Shown one piece after another: positions 23,512 to 28,163 of a stretch of DNA of 28,163 nt. Positions within the stretch are counted from its first letter, which is position 1; the number at the start of each line of letters is the position of its first letter. The position numbers and the translations under genes are program-made. The notes under the pieces are model-generated. The model was given only the letters and a program-made list of their open reading frames with translations, had not been told where the DNA came from and did no database searches. The DNA comes from Oligoflexus sp. (GTDB lineage: Bacteria; Bdellovibrionota_B; Oligoflexia; Oligoflexales; Oligoflexaceae): the NCBI GenBank assembly GCA_041736305.1, contig JBGSTX010000331.1, positions 1-28,163 of the forward strand, given 5' to 3'.

Positions 23512-26500
23512 TTATCGCGAGCAGCCAGGAGCATCGGCAAATTTTTCGCAGAGAAAGTTCTGAAGTTTTTCGTATTTTACTTCTGCCGCTTCCGTTCGTT
23601 TCTGAAGCTCGGAAATGGCAGTACCAGCTCCAGCTCCAGTCTGAACCAGAAGCATAACCTGGTGGCCTTGTTCATGGGCGATACCATCATCCCACTCACG
23701 AACAGGAATCGACACCCCCGTATAAGCACTGAGCGCCACTCCAAGAACGCCAGGGACACCAGGACCGCTAGCCCGCATTGCTTTTCCTGGCGTTGAAGAG
23801 GATACGAGATAGTCACCAATGTTGATGGGGCCGTTTTCAAGATTTACGTTTACAGGGACGCGACCCGCTAGGGCCACAGGCTTGGAGTTCTTCGTCTCGT
23901 TACCTAGTGCTATACCCGGTGCTGTCGATATAACGCCAGCTGCATTTTCTTGATAGGCTCGGGTGGTTGCAGCAAATTCTGCTTGGGCCCCGTAGCCACT
24001 GCTAATCTTCACGACATCACCGGGTATCAATTGATTGTCCGCAGGAACGGGCATGTGCTCTGCAAGGTCAGCGGCTGTAACAGAAGCCGTAGTCGCATAA
24101 ATCGTACCCGCTGTGTTGCCTGCGCAAGCTCCTCCTGAAGATTGAACGCAAAGCGAACCCTGGACCTGCAGAGTGTTTGAGAGTGTACCGATTCCAGTGC
24201 CTATCCCAACCTTCCCGGTCTGATCGATAAGTAGTCGATAGGTGCTCGCCGCTTGATCCCTGATATAAAACTTATTGGCCACACCACTTTCGGAAGGCCC
24301 GCCAGATCCTACGGTATAAGGCCTTCCTGCGGTCAAAGTCAGCGACGCGGAATTCGTCGTAGACGGATTGGTGACTTTTACAGCCTGAGGTGTGTTTGAA
24401 TAGATTTCAAGCGGCACTGTCGGACTGTTGGTACCAATTCCAACATTCCCTGCTGAACCGTCTAAATAAATCATCGACCCAAGAGTCATATTCGTCGCTG
24501 CCGAAACACTTGTTACGCGCCCATAGGTATCTATCGTCATGGCTGCGGGGGGGGGATAAGAGCCTGCAGTCACACCGCTAGGCGCCATTGAGAAGGTACC
24601 CGTTGCACTGTTATAAGCGACGGGAGCTGTGACGCTGAAGGCGTTTCTTGCACGAGCGTCTGTGTAATAGAAATTAGTGCCTTCAGAAACTGCTGAAGTA
24701 TTCAGCGTAGTCCAGCTCTTGTCACCGCGGAAAAATTCACTCGTCGTACCCATTCCGATGCTAGGCTCTTTGCCGGCTAAAGATGTGCTAAGGCCATTGA
24801 TCTTGCTCTGATCAATGGCTGCAGATGTGGAGATATCGGCATCTGTAATAGTATCGTTCGTAATCTCAGCGCTAGAAACAGTGCTTAGCATCGAGACTGA
24901 GCCGAGGCCAAGGTTAGACCTAGCACCAGCTGCCGTTGCTGATCCAGTACCACCGTAAGCCAGTGCTAAAGTGCCAGAGACGTCAGTGCTGAGGTTAACG
25001 GCGCTACCATTAGCCGCAGAGGTGAGGCGGCCCTGTGCATCGACTGTTATATTGGCCCTTGAATAGGTTCCAGCCGTTACAGCTGTGTTCGCGAGACTAA
25101 TAGTGCCGGATGTAGTGATAGTCCCACCGCTGAGACCAGCCCCCGCTGTAATATCCGTGACAGTTCCAGAGCCTCCTCCTCCCCCACTAACGGTGGTCCA
25201 AGAGAGGAAACCGCTACCGTCGGTCGTGAGAACTTGGCCACTTGTTCCATCGAGAGATGGGAGGGTCCAGATTTTGTTTACGCTGATATCATCGGGTGCT
25301 TTAAAGCCAATATAGTTGGAGCCGGAGCCTGTAACTTCAGTAAAGCGAATTTCGCCGGCTTGTCCCGCTGCGACGCCGAAGGGCTTCAGCGTCAGACCAT
25401 TTTGTAGAGTCGATGAAAGAGATCCTGCATTGACAGTGCTACCGGCACCGATTGCCGCTTGCTTATTGTTGAAGCTGAGCCAATCACCAGAACTTAGATA
25501 ACCGCTGGCAACACTAGTCGCAGCGGCCATAGAGATAGCACCCGTCGCGCTGTTGTAGACCACGGGACCTGTGCTACTGATGGCAGAACGCGCCCGACCG
25601 TCGGTGTAGTAAAGATTGGTGTTTTCAGGGACAGCAGAGGTGTCAAGAGTACTCCAGCTCTTGTCGCCCCGAAAATACTGCGCGCTATTGCCTGCGCCTA
25701 ACAAAGGCTCTTTAAGTGCTAAACTGCTACTCAATCCACTGATCTTGCTCTGAGCAATGGCAGCGGTTCCTGAGATATCAGCATCAACTATAGTGCTATC
25801 ATCGATCTCGGCTGAATCGATCGAAGTACCTAGAGCACTCGCAGGGAGGTTAGTCAGGCCTGACCCATTACCGCTTATAACACCTGACGTAGTGATATTC
25901 TGCGAACCAAAATTAGGCGAAATCTTAGCTCCGGAAATTGCTGCACCTGTTGCAATATCGGCATTAGAAATAGACCCATCTTGAATCGCGCTGGAATCAA
26001 CAGATCCCGCAGCACTTGTATTGTCATTGCCCCACTCCCAGCCACTGTTTCCCCACTTAATAACCTGGCCCGTAGTCGGGTTGCTAGATGGTAGAGCAGA
26101 ACCTTTTATGCCACTCACAGTGAGTCTACCTGAACTATCGTAAGCAACGCTGTTACCATCGACGGGAACCTTCAGAGCGTAAGGAACCGTACCGTATTTT
26201 TGCCGTTTATAGGTCTTTCCGTGAGTCAGATCTGTGACCTCAACAAAAACGCTACTGCTATCATCTGGAAAGACAATATGGAAATTCGCGGGAGTCAAAG
26301 CTATTTTAATTTGGAATACGCCATCCGCAAGCGGGAGGGCATTGTAGGTAAGGGGGCTGATCGGAATGAGATCGCTGCCAGTCTCGCTGCGATAGAACTT
26401 TACTTCCAGGTTAATCGGCCCAGCAATCGGCATCCCATTGTTCTCGGTCAGGCGACCCAGATAAGTTATTTCATAGGGAAGAGCCTGGGAGGTATGTGCT

Positions 26501-26577
26501 GGCAAGATTCCACAGATGAGAAAGACAAAGCCCCAAGCTAGGCGCTGTGATTTTTGGATTTTGCATGTAAGTTTCAC
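23512..26577 (-). CDS. Secreted phage-tail-fibre-like trimeric adhesin (Bdellovibrio mosaic-fibre type) with C-terminal chaperone-like domain
   Basis: Signal peptide; 'ITYLGRL...G.PI.GP' and 'VPYAL' N-domain; S/T/G-rich fibre repeats; 'GNVGIGT.SP...L' repeats; C-terminal ADLAE..PGDVV..GVIST.PG..VALAGRVPV and coiled coil. Start GTG 26577 with AGGAG RBS. Confidence 0.85.
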   Translation of the reverse strand: MKLTCKIQKSQRLAWGFVFLICGILPAHTSQALPYEITYLGRLTENNGMPIAGPINLEVKFYRSETGSDLIPISPLTYNALPLADGVFQIKIALTPANFHIVFPDDSSSVFVEVTDLTHGKTYKRQKYGTVPYALKVPVDGNSVAYDSSGRLTVSGIKGSALPSSNPTTGQVIKWGNSGWEWGNDNTSAAGSVDSSAIQDGSISNADIATGAAISGAKISPNFGSQNITTSGVISGNGSGLTNLPASALGTSIDSAEIDDSTIVDADISGTAAIAQSKISGLSSSLALKEPLLGAGNSAQYFRGDKSWSTLDTSAVPENTNLYYTDGRARSAISSTGPVVYNSATGAISMAAATSVASGYLSSGDWLSFNNKQAAIGAGSTVNAGSLSSTLQNGLTLKPFGVAAGQAGEIRFTEVTGSGSNYIGFKAPDDISVNKIWTLPSLDGTSGQVLTTDGSGFLSWTTVSGGGGGSGTVTDITAGAGLSGGTITTSGTISLANTAVTAGTYSRANITVDAQGRLTSAANGSAVNLSTDVSGTLALAYGGTGSATAAGARSNLGLGSVSMLSTVSSAEITNDTITDADISTSAAIDQSKINGLSTSLAGKEPSIGMGTTSEFFRGDKSWTTLNTSAVSEGTNFYYTDARARNAFSVTAPVAYNSATGTFSMAPSGVTAGSYPPPAAMTIDTYGRVTSVSAATNMTLGSMIYLDGSAGNVGIGTNSPTVPLEIYSNTPQAVKVTNPSTTNSASLTLTAGRPYTVGSGGPSESGVANKFYIRDQAASTYRLLIDQTGKVGIGTGIGTLSNTLQVQGSLCVQSSGGACAGNTAGTIYATTASVTAADLAEHMPVPADNQLIPGDVVKISSGYGAQAEFAATTRAYQENAAGVISTAPGIALGNETKNSKPVALAGRVPVNVNLENGPINIGDYLVSSSTPGKAMRASGPGVPGVLGVALSAYTGVSIPVREWDDGIAHEQGHQVMLLVQTGAGAGTAISELQKRTEAAEVKYEKLQNFLCEKFADAPGCSR
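24583..25821 (-). repeat. Two dispersed copies of a 99-codon module within the fibre gene (25525-25821 and 24583-24879)
   Basis: Both read SAEI..TI.DADIS..AAI.QSKI.GLS.SLA.KEP..FRGDKSW.TL.TSAV.E.TN.YYTD.RAR.A.S.T.PV.YNSATG..SMA. Confidence 0.9.
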
Positions 26578-26591
26578 TTTCGTCTCTCCTC

Positions 26592-28133
26592 TCAAGGATT
26601 GATAATGCTGAGCATACCGTTGCTGAGTTGTGTATCGCCGCCTGACCGTTCGTTGACCACGGGATTGGCGAGAACACTCGTCCAGGCCTGAAATCCATCG
26701 CTGGCTGTTTGCCGCTGCCCTTCAAAAAAACTGCTTCCAGAACTCTCAAATATAGTAAAATCGCGGATCGTTACCGCGAGATCGAGCAGGGGTACACCCT
26801 CGGTGGTCCGGAGGCTTAGACTGTTTTGCCCATAGATGTAGCCTTGGAGGCTTCCCAAGGGAGAGAGCTTGAAGCTAAAGAGCTGACTCCCGTCCACCTG
26901 ATTCTGCAGCTTAAGATTTTTGGCAGTCGTGGGGTCATAGAGTAGAAGCCCTGAAGAATTATTGAAAATTTGAAACTTCGAGTTTGCCTGGTTGGCTCCC
27001 AAGACCATTTTAAGAAATTGTCGACTCTGGAGCTGGGGCCTAAGGATGCGCAGGTCGCCATCTCCGAAGACCGTATCTGTTCCCTCGTTCTCTGCTATTC
27101 CAGCGACAGCCGTTACGTTTGCAGCGCTTGACCAGGGTGATATGGTCTGACGCCCATACGCATCCAAACAGCGAAAGCGTCCGAAGATTTGGTGGGCTTC
27201 AGGTTTAGTCGGCGTAAAGCTAGCTTTGGTCTGTGAGCCGGTCTCGACCACTTGCCCGCTGCTTGCCTCGGTAGTAAGGAAGAAATCGGCTTTGCAGGAG
27301 TTTAAGGCCGCAACAGTATTGGTTTCACCAAGGAGGAGTACCGAACGCGAGCCCGCATCAAACGAAATGCTTGTAGTCTTCCAGGCAATCGCTGCTTGCT
27401 CACTTTTAGTGACTATAGATTTCTCTGTGACGACTCCGGACGTTTCGATAACCGCGACTTTTTGAAAGTTGACGATAGCCTCTTGGGCCTTGACCTCAAC
27501 TCGAACTTCGATCGGCGTCGAGAGAGTGACGAGCCAATAGGCGCCGAAGTAGCCTTCGAAAACAGCCCGATTGTCGTCGGTAAATCGCAGATCCTTGCCG
27601 GGAATAACACCATCCTGCAAAGAACCGCCTATAAACTGCTTATAAAATACCGCATAATTTTTCGATGTCGAACTGTCCGCAAGCGTAAGACTCGCCGAGC
27701 TGTCCAGGGGCAGCGAGATAATAAGGGCACCGAGAAGTTCGGTTTCCTCAGAGGGACGGACGAGGAGGCCGGCACCTACAGGACTTATCGTTACATCTGT
27801 GTCGGTAATGAAGGTCGAGGCCAGAGAAGTCTCGCCTATGGGTGCTGCTTGCTCAAAAATAATATCGGTCGCAATTGCTAAGCTTCCTGTAGGAACCGTG
27901 ACGGAAGAACCTGAAAGGGCTCCGCTCGGGGCCTGCAAAAGGGTATCCGACTTACTATTGGGATCCATTGTATAAACGGCTTTTTCCGCATTTAGAAGGC
28001 TAGCTTGAGCCGGTCGAGCAGCGCCATCGAGCACGGTAACCTTGCCTTGCGAACTTACCGGTGTATAGAAGCAGCCGCTCAGCGCGAGACTGAGACTTAT
28101 GCTTAGACTTAAGGTGTGGCGCAGTTTCCGCAC
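26592..28133 (-). CDS. Large beta-rich lipoprotein (possible ZU5-like N-terminal domain), co-transcribed with the fibre gene
   Basis: Lipobox ALSGC; likely start GTG 28133 after AAGGGGG; 'GSSVTVPTGSL' ZU5-like pattern; the stop abuts the fibre gene RBS. Confidence 0.75.
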   Translation of the reverse strand: MRKLRHTLSLSISLSLALSGCFYTPVSSQGKVTVLDGAARPAQASLLNAEKAVYTMDPNSKSDTLLQAPSGALSGSSVTVPTGSLAIATDIIFEQAAPIGETSLASTFITDTDVTISPVGAGLLVRPSEETELLGALIISLPLDSSASLTLADSSTSKNYAVFYKQFIGGSLQDGVIPGKDLRFTDDNRAVFEGYFGAYWLVTLSTPIEVRVEVKAQEAIVNFQKVAVIETSGVVTEKSIVTKSEQAAIAWKTTSISFDAGSRSVLLLGETNTVAALNSCKADFFLTTEASSGQVVETGSQTKASFTPTKPEAHQIFGRFRCLDAYGRQTISPWSSAANVTAVAGIAENEGTDTVFGDGDLRILRPQLQSRQFLKMVLGANQANSKFQIFNNSSGLLLYDPTTAKNLKLQNQVDGSQLFSFKLSPLGSLQGYIYGQNSLSLRTTEGVPLLDLAVTIRDFTIFESSGSSFFEGQRQTASDGFQAWTSVLANPVVNERSGGDTQLSNGMLSIINP

Positions 28134-28163
28134 AGGGTCCCCCTTTCTGGGTTCCAAGAGCCT

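Noticed and set aside
23512-26577. Tail-fibre-like gene as a prophage remnant
   Set aside because: It has a Sec-type signal peptide and a lipoprotein partner; no capsid, terminase, integrase or att site is visible.

Overview
Ordinary bacterial chromosomal DNA with about 25 genes. Gene content (Bdellovibrio-type trimeric fibre protein, membrane sensor-HPt-CheA-like kinase, many orphan lipoproteins) suggests Bdellovibrionota/Oligoflexia, which is an inference. In order: 3' end of an RND permease, a stress-type hypothetical gene, a polynucleotide-kinase/degenerate-phosphoesterase fusion, ilvA, a DUF883/YqjE-like/DUF3618-like stress operon, a GspG-like and a GNAT-like gene, a TPR protein, an RluA-family pseudouridine synthase, modAB, three divergent paralogous lipoproteins, a 7TM-DISM kinase, a monoheme cytochrome c lipoprotein, a methyltransferase, a cyanobacterial-type hemerythrin protein, an Old Yellow Enzyme, and a lipoprotein + fibre adhesin pair. 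No rRNA, tRNA, CRISPR array, transposase or integrase was seen. The best novelty candidate is a ~250-nt, promoter-driven, extensively base-paired intergenic RNA (5728-5988) that hides a 19-21 codon ORF. Other candidates are the lipoprotein triplet, a second structured leader (22750-22886) and a possibly phase-variable fibre with a DxAE-type C-terminal chaperone. All family calls come from motif recognition by eye; no searches or folding programs were run.
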